Below, in pieces: positions 50,513 to 62,090 of a DNA stretch of 64,000 nucleotides. The translations under genes were made by a program, and so were the position numbers. Below the pieces are notes generated by a model. The model did no database searches. It saw only the letters and a program-made list of their open reading frames with translations, and had not been told where the DNA came from. This stretch comes from Raillietiella orientalis. Taxonomy: Eukaryota. The DNA lies in contig JAYWIR010000056.1 in NCBI GenBank assembly GCA_036172245.1, positions 124,001 to 188,000 of the forward strand, read 5' to 3'. Position 1 is the first letter of the stretch. Every line of letters begins with the position of its first letter.

Positions 50513-53500
50513 CGAAGTGAGTGCGTGTGATTCATATGTGGCCGGAACACGGCATTTTTTTTTTCCCTCCCCCCTCCCTCTATCTATGTGTGAGCTCCCT
50601 GCAGTTCAGCGAGCTGGGAGGCGGCTGACGGCTTCGAAGAAGTGCTCGGAAATGAGAGGAAGAAAGCCGGCGGAGTGGATCCTCGATCGAGGCACCCGGG
50701 TGCATCTCTGCACGGCCGTCCTGACCCGGAGGGTGGGGCTTTTGAGGGGATGGTCGTTCACAATCTTCACGGTGCCTTCTCTCTGCGCTCTTCTGTGCGA
50801 TCTTGGGGCTTTTCGTTGCCTCCTCCTGCGCAGGAAAAGGGAGAGTCTGGAGCTTCCGGTTCGCCGAGTTCTTGTCGCCTCTTGACGAGGTGCAGCGGCG
50901 ATCCGGGCACTCAGGGTGTGCCCGGGAGGAGACCCTGCGTTACACACACGGCTCGAGACCTCATCCGCTCGCTCTCTCGATCACCATTCCTCTGACCGCT
51001 GCATCTTCTGACATCCTCAATCCACAAACCAATGCGGCGACGCTATAGCTGAAGGTTCACTCAGTGTGCTGCAACGACTTCGCTGCTGAGTTTTTTTTTT
51101 CCTCTCTTTCTTTCCAGGAATGTGCGGCAGGCGCTACCGTAAAGTGCGTCGGATGCAACTCCCTGCAAATGGCGCTCTCTTTTCAAAAATGGCCGCTCTC
51201 TTAGACACGTGTTCCTGAGAACCGGGTTCCGCAGTACGACCTCCAGGCATCGCAGATCGCTTCATCTGCGAAAGTCCATTGCGAGATGCTGCAGCTGACG
51301 GAGAAAGTGTTTTCAGCCACCACGAGGTATCGGTATGGCGTGCGAAGTTTCCGGTAGGAAGGCGGAGTATCAGGAGCGGAGGAAGCGGACCAACACCTAA
51401 AGCACTGTCCCCAGCTGACATGAAAGAAAAAATCCCGTCCCCCGCTCAGGGAACATGCTCGAGTATGCCAGAGATCACGCAGAAAGGTATTGATGACTTC
51501 CCTTTTTGGTACTCAGCTGACAAGTGGTCTCCTTTTAATAAAGCCGTGTCATGAAAACACCTTGTAAACTCTTGTGCGATCTTTGCCGGGTATTCTCCTG
51601 GACATCTTTCCCCTGTGAAAATTCCTGGATCCCTTGGAGGATAGTATGGAGTTCTAATTTGAGTTTTAGGAGACGGCGATTCCTATTCAAGGTGAAAGGA
51701 AACAGGAAATGGTGCACGTATGAGATGCGCGAAGCTCGAGCTCTCTATCGATTGTCTTCCGTCCAGCAGGATCGGATGAGCAATCAGACAGCCGAAAAGC
51801 GGACATCAAAGTTCAACTTCAAGACCGTTGAGACAGTTGCTTTCCGGACACCATTTACCTCTTTACTACCCATTTCGCGCATTCCATTTTGTGCTCAGAT
51901 AATGAGAGTTGCGAGTGGATCCCATCCACTTCATCTCTCACAAAGAAGGGGCTACTCGAGCGAACGAGCTCCGTTTCGACGAATGAATTTGCCGCGGGGA
52001 ATCTGGAGTAAGGATTCCTGTCCCGACCGGGGCAATTCCCCGGAGTCAAACCTCCGGAGACGAAAAGCTGCGAGTTCAGCCTCACCCGAAGCGGATCCGC
52101 TTCTGAGGACGGAGGCTCCAGCTCGTGAAAATCCCGGTGCTTGTCAGTTGCCTTGGTAACGCTCCGAGCGCTCCGCTTTCATTCGATCCGCGCCAAGCAA
52201 AGCTACCACTTGTAAGGATCCTCCGTTTCCAGACAGGATCGCCTCGCCCTTCTGCTTGCTCTGATTATCTACCGTACGCACAAGGATATTCTTCCTGCTC
52301 CCAGAGATAGGACTTTGAATGCACGGCAGAGGGCGTTTGTCTCGCATTCTCACGGTCAGCTGAATGGGACGGAGTGTCCTCCTCTAATCAGATTCTCTCC
52401 TTGCGATCCGGTCGTTGCTTTCTTGAACACGAGTCACAAAGGGGGGGGGGGGGGGCGATCTCAAGCAGCCGAGGTGGATTCTTTCACCCACTGTCCACCG
52501 CGTTCCCGCTCCTGATTGTGCAGCACAGCGAGGGCGCGGGATGGTGTCGTGCAAGCTGCCGCTGCCGCGAGATCTTTCTGCCCACTCGCGCGCTCCCGAA
52601 TCTGCTCGTGCTGCTTCTCAAGAGAGCAGCTCCGTCGCACAATGGGAGCGCGCCGGCCGACGTCCGAGCGAGCGCCAGGGAGCTTCAGTCGTTTCTGCTT
52701 GATTGCAGTAACGCGCGGCTGACGTGACCCGCGTTCCATTTGTTTGCGAGGAAGATTCCGTGCTTCGCCGAATTGGGGGAAAAGAGGAAAGCGAAGGCGC
52801 TCCGAGATTTTCCTTGTCCAACGACTTTCTTCACGCGAGGTCTCTTCGCCTGCAACCATGGTTTCCGGTTTTGTCTCGGCTCCGTTTTTGCGTCCCTGGC
52901 GCAAAAACGGAGCCGAGACGAAACGTGTCGAGGCGTGTGCTGCTCCTGCTTCGAGAGGAACGGGCACCATGGCGCGGCCTCCTCCGCGAGAGGACGTCCG
53001 GAAAACGGGGCGCCACCGCGCCGCTTGGGTGGAGCCCCCGGGCTTGGAAATTTCGTGCTCCTTCTTCAATTCGCTCCAACTGAAGCGTGGAGGAAGAGGA
53101 AGGGAAGAGGAGGAGGAGGAGGCGATCGTGGAGTTTCGAACGTCGGTGGTTTTTCAAGGTTCCCCCCTTCTCCACCGTAGTTCTGTTTGCTTCGGCGAAG
53201 AGTTCACGAGGGAAGGTTCATGTTACCAAACCTTCCTCCCCCCTCCCTCCTTCCCTCCCTCCCCACCAAGTACATCCTGCAAACCACCCAAATTCTCTCT
53301 CATCCAGGTGGCTACAAATTAGCCTTCCTTCTTGCACACACATCCGAGCCTTCCAATGCACCTGTAGATAACAGAGGCGATCCCCCTCCCCTCCCCTATC
53401 CTCCCAGAGAGAGAGAAAAAAAAAAAAAATCGCGGAATTGAGAGAAGGTAACCGCCATAGTCCATCTCCAAGGACGCGCTGCATGAGTTCGACTATCAGG

Positions 53501-56500
53501 TGGTGCAAAGTGAATCAATCGAGCTCCACACTCTTTGATGAAACAAAAAAGAGGAACGTATCCAGAGAAACACGATGATGTATGTGAACGAGAGGGCAGA
53601 GCATCATTAAAAGCACAAATCGTCGTTAATTTGGTCGAGCAGCCCCTCTGCCACGGGTTGTGCCCTGGATTCCCGGCGAGCGCGTCACTCCCTCCGAAAG
53701 AAAGGATGCAGTTGGAAAGTGTTCCGAGGAACGCTGTCGCTCTTCATGAGATGACGCCTTTGACGACGGGCGGCTCGCACTGCATACCTGTTGGTCGGCG
53801 AGGTTCGGACGCTGAGGAGGGAGGGCGTCTTTCGGGCGGAAGCAGTTCGGGTCCCCGGCGCGGGGGGAGGAAAAATTTCCAGAAAGAAAATTCCGCCTCT
53901 CCTGCTTTCCACGAACGTCAGCAGAGAACCCGACTGTTTCTGGGACACCTTCCGACTGCCGAGAGGCAAACGCCGCGCACGCGTTCGGAGGGAAGGTGCC
54001 ATCCATTCCGCGAGAGGCGTGGATGGGAGAGAAGGGATGGGCGGCCGAGAGCCATTCAGGAGGGGAGTGCCCATCCCCTCTTGGAACAGCGAAGAAGGCG
54101 ATCTTCGGAGTGGCAGCGGATGGATGGAATAGCCCGCCAAGACGCGTCGAGGTGCCCAAAGGTGACGGGACGCGACTGATCACCGTTCCTCGAGGAGCAT
54201 CGCCGTGCAGTCAGGTGGCGATCGGCATCTCCCTGCTCCCTCCCCCCCCTTTTTTTTTCCCGAGAGAAACATTGAAATACAAAGCGCGGCTCATTCATGC
54301 ATCCCGCACGGTCAGATGATAATTAGAAGCCTAGGAAACCATAAATCCTCGAGGGTGAATGACTGTCAGAGAACACCCCGTTGAACGAGCACCCCTTTCG
54401 TACGTGACGCGACAACATCAAAAAAAAAAAAAAAAAGGTATAGAAAAGAAAAGAAGGAAGGAACGGATCGGGCTGGTTCGTTCTCGGAGCCACCCCAAAT
54501 CCGAAGGCCTCGTCTTCACGGATTCACCCACCGCACACGTCTCGCCCTTCGCATCCTCCTCCCTCCAGGAGAGGTGATCTCCGACGGGAGTAGCGCGAGA
54601 TGCACCACCAGGAACCGCGAAGAAGGAGCGAATGGCAGCAGTCCGATCCCTTTCCAGGAGGCGCGCGGCGAATGCCTCGTCGCGGGCGCGACGCCTCCCT
54701 GGGTAGGGGGACGCCTTTCTCATCGTCTCCGTGGACGAGACCTGAAGGTGAGGGTGGTGGGGGGGGGAGAAGGATCCAGCTCGGTCCACGCCTACCCCGC
54801 CGCGGCGAGTTCACCTCCAGGAGGTGCGGGGCCCACCAGGGGAAGGGGCAAGTGCCCGGTCTTCCTGAGCGATCACGGGAAGCCATCCGTCATGACATTT
54901 GACGTTGGGCTCGCGCGCTCGCGTGCCGTCGTTCACAGCGCGTCGCTGCTACCGCTGCTACCGAGACGGCTGGCTGTCACGGCGGGGCGAGGGGAGCAAA
55001 TGGGCAGGAAGAGAGCAGATGGGAGGAGCGAGCGCGCGCGGGGCGCTGTGCTCCCTCCCTGTTCCTGGAGAGCTGGGGACCCCGCCACTGCAGAGGCGGG
55101 AGCGGCAGGCGTCAGAGCGGCGGAGATCCGCTGCAGGACGCCGTAATCTCCCCCGGGCCTAGGCACACCCTCTCGCCTCGCTCCACGAAGCGGGAACCTC
55201 TCTTCTGGACCAGAGACGAAGGCGAATCCTGCATGCCGAAGTCTCCGGGGATCTTTCCCCAAGCAGGAAGGAAAAGCAAGTCTGGAATGCTAGTGGGAGG
55301 GATCTTGTTCGCCGCCGTTTCTGGAAGTGGGAAGAGGGAGAGGAGGTGAACAATCTGATCTCCATGGCAACCTACTTCTGAGTCTCCCTCAATCCCCAGA
55401 CTCATCAGCAGCCCCCTTGGCACTCGTTCGTGGGCCCTCGGCCCGTCGCCCATTGGTCGTGCGGCGAAGCGAACCCGATTCGTCGGCAGGAGAGCCGGGA
55501 GCGCCAAGTCTGGCGTGAGCCCCAGGTCTCCTTCTTGCTTCTCGGCTCGCAAGGACACCTGGAAACTGTCGGCGTCTCTGCATCCACAAACCCCTTCTTT
55601 CCCGTTTTGCCCAAAGACCTGAGCCCCTCCTGACGACCGTATGGAGTATCCTGCAGCCGGAATCTGCTTCTCCCGGCTCCCTCGTCCAGCAGAGGCGCTA
55701 GCAGTAAAGGTCCCGTCTTCTTACTCTTCCTGCTGCGTAGTTCCTGGATCGGAGGAGGAGGCCTCCCGCGCCGGCCTCGAGCTCCCCATGGTTTCGTCCC
55801 CTCCCGTCGAACTGGCCTCTTTTTGGGGACGTGTCCATTTTGGGATCAAAAATTTATTACGACGCATCTATAGGTTCCAGAGCCGCCATCCCTTTTTCTT
55901 CCTTCTTCAGAGTCTCCTCTCCTCTTCCGAGGGAAGGCCATCCCAACGAGATGCCTCCAACTCCTCTGCCCAACTTCCTTACGGGCGAGGCAAGTGCAAG
56001 TCGGAAGGCGGCGGCGGCGGCTCGCCTTGCGGGTGCGAGAGGGTCGCTGCTGCTTTGGATGCTGCATAGGTCTCTGGATTTCTCCGAGTCCCCTCCCCCG
56101 CGTCTAGGAACCTCTGGCAAGGAGAGACCCCTCCGTCATCTCGAGATCTATCACTGCTGCCTTTTCCGATTGGTCCACCCCCGGGAAGACAGGAGGCTCC
56201 CGCGATCCAGAAGGGAGCTGCGTCCCGGCTCCGGCGCGGTGCAGGGAAGGGGGGAAGGGGGCGAGTCAAGGAGGAAAGAGGTGGCTGGCAGCACCATCCG
56301 TCCCCTCCTTCGACGCACCGCTGCTGCTGCCTCCCCCTCCCCCCTCTCAGGGACGAACGCCTTCCGGCCCCAGCTGGCTCCGGCGAGTCAGCTGCGACGT
56401 CTCTGCTCCCCTAAGCCCGGCGGGGCGCCTCGCGCCTGCAGGGAATCGCCAGCCCTCGTGCCTTCCCCTCCTCCTTTTCCCTCCGGCACGGATCCTGGAC

Positions 56501-59481
56501 GCTGGGGTGGGGCAAACGCCTTCAGCCGGCGGTGACTCACCCATGGGGCTCTGCTGCTGTCCCGAGAAGGGCGTGCGCGCGACCCGCCTCCGGGGTACAG
56601 GATGATAGCGGCACTTTTTCCTCCCCGCCGCCACTCGCTGCCCGGGAGAGAAGGCGGACCGACCTTTCCTGGGGTGGACCCTCTCCGAGGGAGGGAAGAG
56701 CCGGCTCCACCAGTTTCTGGATGCTCCGACGCGTGGGAGACGTGCGGGGGGACTTCTTCCCCACCCCCTTCCTCTTTGGATCCCGGCCGTTTCGGCAGAG
56801 CGCGCGCGGCTGGCTGCTTCCCGCCTCCGGAGCCCGGCGGATGGGATGGAGTCCTCTTTCGCGCGAGCAGGCGAGTCATCCGTCGGCAGTCATTAATCAT
56901 CTCCCACCGGTCGGATCTGCCGTTGAGCCGCAGCACCAGCAACCGTTTCCGGGAGTCCTGCTCCCTTTGTTCCGGGTTCCGACTTGCTCCTTTGTGGGGA
57001 AGCCGACGCGGATTGCTAGTTGACGCAGGCCACTGGCCCCCTTGGCAGGGAGTCCTGGCTCCTTGGAATCGACAGCATCCTCCCGAATGGGCGGTGCCTC
57101 CGGAACCCAGGCCACGAACGGACCTCGCCACGAGGCCTCAGGGCGTGCAAATCGATTTCCACGGCTCGCGCCCTCCCCAGCTCGAGGCGCCTGCCGCGGA
57201 TGGCTGCTGTTGCGAAATCGGGCCTCTCCTTGCCAGCTGCAAAAGGGGAGACCCCTCGACCCCGCGAGACCTCCCCGAAGGGCTTTTCGCGCACGCGAGA
57301 CGTCCGCAAGCTCCTCGTCTTCCGCAGGAAAAGGGACCTGCGAAGATCTTCCTTGCTGCCCCGCTTCCGTGCGGCTTCGAGCGGTGTTGATTCAGGCTCC
57401 AGATCAGAAACTAGAGACCGGACGAGTAGTTGGCGCAGCTCTAAGGGGTAGGGAGGAGCGGGAAAAGGTCCACCACCCTCTCGACTTCGTCCAGGGAGCT
57501 CGGGGGAGGTCCTCTAGGATCGCCTGCTGCTCAGTCTCATTCGGCGGGGGCAGGCAGAGGGAAGACCCATCAGTAGACTAGCTCCAAGACTTGTGCACGG
57601 ACAATATCGTAGCTTAGGAGGGAAACCGAGGCGCGATTATTGCTAGTTGAAAACTAAGCCCCAAAACTATCCGGGCAGGGAGAGGCCGTTCTTTCCGCAC
57701 TCCGTGCCATGCGGGGACATCTTCCCACCGAAGGCGGAATTTGACGAGTGTGCCGAGGAGGGTCGGCGGTTACCTGAGCTCCAACAGCATAGACCCGAGG
57801 GCGCGGTGACGAAGGGGGGGGGGAGAAGAGGTGGTCCTCCCAGCATATTCCTCAGGACTCTTTCCATCTCTTTCCCCTTGCTTTCCCTACTTTCCTCCTG
57901 CAGGTCAGTTTCTTCTTCGTGGAGCATAAAGCAGCCTCCCTGGACTTAGTTTCGAGACCAGCTTGGTTCCCTCCTGCAGGGTCGCCGTCGCCATGGACGC
58001 ACACCTCCTCCACCCCTTAGCTTCGAAGCCGAGGGGAAGAGGTCGGGAAGCCTTCCCACTTGCCACGCCGAGAAGCGGCATCTTAGGATGCCCACGGGCG
58101 AAAACACGGCAGCAGCCGGCCTTTCGGGAAGATACGGCGACTCTCACTCTCTGTCCGGCTACGGATCTTTCGAAAGGGCGCGGCGGACGATGCGAACGAA
58201 TGGATCTTTCGCCGGCTGCTCTTCCTCTCGGATGCTCCCGACTCGCCTGAGCCTCCGAGACGGCGTGACTCAAACCTACTGGGAGTTGTCTGCGTCCCTC
58301 AGGGCGCGGAAGACAAGAAGATGGCGCAGCAAGACACCGCAGGAAGTCCCGAACCCCCAGCTCAGAAAGAGATCTCAGGCATCCCTAAGAAGTGGACCCA
58401 TACCAGGTTCCTGCACCAAACGGAAGGCCTCCAGCCCTAAGAGGAGCGAGAGAAGGCAACAACGCAGCATGTTCGGAAAGGAAGGAGCTTCAGAGGACGT
58501 CCTGGTTTGTCTCTTCCCCATTACTTAAAGCACCTCCCACGATCGTTCAAACCACGAGAGGTTTGGGTATTTGAAGGGTAGCGTCCCGCTCGAAGGTGTT
58601 TGCTGCATTGCTTTGACCGCTGTCCTGCGTCCTATAGATCTAAGATTGCTTCCAGAGGCTTCCAGGTTGCTCTTCCAGTGGTCTTTGCGGAACGAAGAGA
58701 TTAGTGGGGGCTTCACAAAACCAGGAAAAAGGAGGCGCCCGCGCATCGGACTTTTCTTCCAAAAGTGATTCTAGAGCCACGCATAGCTCCCTCCTCCTAT
58801 CATTACCAACCCTTCGTACACGTTCGTACTCGATCCCGCTCCAAGGGCGATCTTGAGCGAGAGTCACGCTCCGGTCGGGTGGATGGACGGCGAACGGCTG
58901 TTTGCCGAATAGGAAGGCGAAGCCGTGGTCGAAAAGCCACGTCCTGCTGGTGGGAACCTGGAGAAATTCTTCCCACCTCCTTCTACTCAGCCGCGTACCT
59001 TCCCTTCAGAGTATGCGCCGGCCGACCTCCGAGAGAATCGAATTTGGCCGTGCGAAACCAGGGAGGGAAGAGAGTCCTCTGGGATTTCTTCCCGAGAATC
59101 GAAAAATTAATTTCATTTTTGTTAAAAGAATGTTTTCTCCGGTTTTTTTTCCTCTTCTCCTTGTGACGCCATCACCGGGGAGTTTCCACTCCATCAAGAA
59201 GCGAAACTACCCGGAGTCACAAGCGCGACGGATGTCAGGGAATAAAAGAGAAACATCCTTTTCGAGATGGAGATCACCAAAAGCTGTATGCAGCGGGGAA
59301 TCGAGGAATGAAAAAACAACGAAAACAACGACAAAGCCCCCATTGGGGAGTGAGGCTGCTAAGGCTACATTTTAGAAGATTTCGATGAATAGCAAGCCAA
59401 AAAAAAAAGAGATGCTTTCTTCTCCTCAGGTCTTCACTCGCCCGAGTCAACTAAAGAACGCCCTTCAAGATTTCTGAAAGA

Positions 59482-59511
59482 GCGTTTGTTTGACTGCGGT
59501 CAAACAAACGC
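59482..59511. repeat. Perfect hairpin (13-bp arms, 4-nt loop)
   Basis: gcgtttgtttgac-tgcg-gtcaaacaaacgc. Confidence 0.85.
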
Positions 59512-61278
59512 AACGCGGGCAGCGGCACAAAGGTCGCTCCTTGCATTTCGCCTTGGCTTCGTGTTTGAAGCGCACCGGGAGAGCGGTGTTTGCAGTCACG
59601 GAACTCCTCCTTCGTTTGGAGGCAGGTGCCAGTTTGTTTTCTGAGGCCCTGGATTGAAGAAAAGGCTAACGGCCGTTTCCCGCGTTGAACAGTTGCGACC
59701 CTTGATGTTGCTGTGCCACTGAGAGCTCTTTCTTCACAACTCCTTCTACTCTATAGCGAAGATAGAAATGAAATCCCTGGGCTTGTCATCAAGGTTCACA
59801 TGGAATCCTATGTACAAGTTTGTCGTCCTCGTCCGGATACTTTGTAATTCATTACAGGTCTCAGCGCTAGAAAGGAATGGTCGAGTCAGGTCTGTGACCC
59901 GCAGTCGGAAGCACTCGGACGTGAAACAGGAATTGTCCCTGGAAGACTGTCCTCTCTTCCAATGTGAACTGCGCGGCTGATTGTCAGCAGCGCCGGATTC
60001 CCTGGAGGAACACATCCACTGCATAGGGACAGAATTCCAAATTTCCACTAAAAGTGGAGTGTTGAATAAAAGAGGCAGAGAAAAGTTCTGGCTTTGGGCA
60101 ATCTGCACGGAGAAGTGGTCGGAGTTCTTGAGGTGTGAAAATTACTGGGATCTCTTGAGATCTAGCCGTGAGAAGGCAATCAGCTACGGTGGAAAGCCCT
60201 TGAGGACAGAATTTCTCGCCCCCAAAGAAAAATGCGAGAGGCTCTGACCAGAATTGGCTTTCAGAAAAATGACGCACATTTTCAAAAGAAAACGTAAAAG
60301 ATGGAAGCTGAGTTTGGGATCTCAGGCTTGTCCAGAATGGTACAGGCGGTAAAATCTTTTGTGAAGACTCAAGGCCACACGGCCTCTCCCCTTCATCTTT
60401 CAGCGCTCTTTATTGAGTCGAAGGTACTCCAGACATCTTTTTAATAGCCTTTGGTGAGATGATGAGGTGTTTCTACAACAACCGGAAAACTGTCACCAAA
60501 AGAACGCCCAAGAGAAAACAGTCACTCCCGCTTCCCTCCGTAGTCCGAAGAGAGAGAAAACCTTTTTTTCTTCTTTGGAACCGGTTCCTTCGGACACTAA
60601 ATGTCTGACCACATGTCATCCGTTCTTTACCTCTGTTTTTTTTACCTGGCAAATTAACCGAGTGACCCGGGTTCCTTTTAGAGTATCTCTCCTCTATCCT
60701 AACGAGCCGTCATCTCGGATGTGCTTCACCACGCTGGAATGGAAGTCGGTGTTTGCAGGTAGCCTTCTCCCCCCTCCCCAAACAAAAAGCGCAGCGCCCT
60801 AGAAAGCCTGAAAGCTGCTCAAAGGCAGCTCCGGGAACCTCCTCCGGCGAAGCCTCGTGCTCCGACAAGCCGCTGAATATCCGTACAGCGTGGCGAGGGT
60901 TTCCGAGTGGCCTTTCGTGAACGCCGGGCATGATTAATGTTGAGTGATGGCTCGTTACGTGCCATCTCGCGTCTCTTCCTTAGCATCTGCTCCAAGAACT
61001 CCGGAACATTACCGACGAGAAGTGCTGAGATGCGCACTGGAGCGGCGAAAAGACAGATGTCTTACCTTCCCGTGGCTAAAGGGAGAGTTCGATAGGTGGT
61101 TTGTTTTTTGTTGACGCACACTTGGCTCATAAAACTTGTTTCTGGAAATCAAATCCTGAAGTTGTGCTTGAAGGAGCCGAGGAGAAAAAAAAAAAAAAAA
61201 AAAAAAAAAGAAGGCAAAAAGGAAAGAGGAAGGTCTGCGAAACCGGGTGTCAGGGGAATGAGAATCGGGTGTTCCATC

Positions 61279-62090
61279 GGCCCGCGTTGGCGGCCGCGTG
61301 GCTACGTCCCCATGAGTGGTACCAAGCGTTGCGGGTTCGAATAAACCGTAGAGGATCGACATCGACAAACGGGGAGTGCGTCGTGGTGTTTCGAGTATCC
61401 CTAGCAAAATGGCGCTGGTTGGTCATGGCGCCTCCGGGTGAGGCACTGGTGGAATCCGGAAACTGGGTATCCCGTCGACCGACTGGCCAGGATTGGAAGC
61501 GGACCCTCCGGAATCCTTCCATGAATCGAGGAGCTGTCCTTCCGCCAGAGAGGATCTCCCATCGCGTACCAGGAGCTGGTTGGTACCCCTCTCGGGAGGT
61601 TGTCTCACCGGAGCGCTACAGCAGTGCGCTGCCCCTTCGAGGAGCGACCCTTCAGAGAAATTCGGAAGCGTCCCTCTGGGGTTCTCTTCAGAGGAGGAGA
61701 AAACAAGGAGCCGTTCCCTTGCGGGTTCTCCTCGGAGAGGAAATTCAGGAGCGGATCCTTTTCGGGGTCTCTCCAGAGAAAGCCAAGGAGAGAGTTCCCT
61801 TTGGGGTTCCTTCCCAAGCGTGAGGGGGACGGACTCCTTCCTCTGGAACCACTCCTGGATTCATAGGGTGGTCCCCTAACCATCCCGGAGCATCCCTCAT
61901 AACTTGAAGAGTTAGATGAGCCATCGGATGGCGTGGACAGTGCTAAAGAACTTCGTGATCCCCCCCTTCCCTAAGGAGGCGAACCCTTTTCGATCCACGC
62001 CAAAGTATGCGTTGAACGTTGCCCAGGACTATGCTGCTCCAGAGAAAGGTCTGCTTCCTGCTGATTCCAAGTTTATTGCAAGAGCGATGA
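61279..62090 (+). mobile_element. tRNA-headed retroposon copy (3' truncated, internal deletion)
   Basis: Head cccgcgttggcggccgcgtggctac...tggtaccaagcgttgcgGGTTCGAAT; 3' 519 bp nearly identical to 37871-38389. Confidence 0.8.
61572..62090 (+). repeat. Direct repeat copy 2 (519 bp, partner 37871-38389)
   Basis: Same alignment; the ORF track also shows near-identical peptides (MSHRMAWTVLKNFVIPPFPKEANPF). Confidence 0.95.

Noticed and set aside
39800..58600. Many long overlapping ORFs (e.g. 44678-46027, 449 aa; 42160-43350, 396 aa; 41154-42104, 316 aa)
   Set aside because: Open in several frames at once, dominated by R/P/G/S/A, cross homopolymer runs and have no recognisable domains; expected from stop-codon scarcity at high GC.
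37871..62090. Giant LTR element bounded by the 519-bp direct repeats
   Set aside because: No TG...CA termini, PBS/PPT or gag/pol remnants seen; the repeats are internal parts of the tRNA-headed family.
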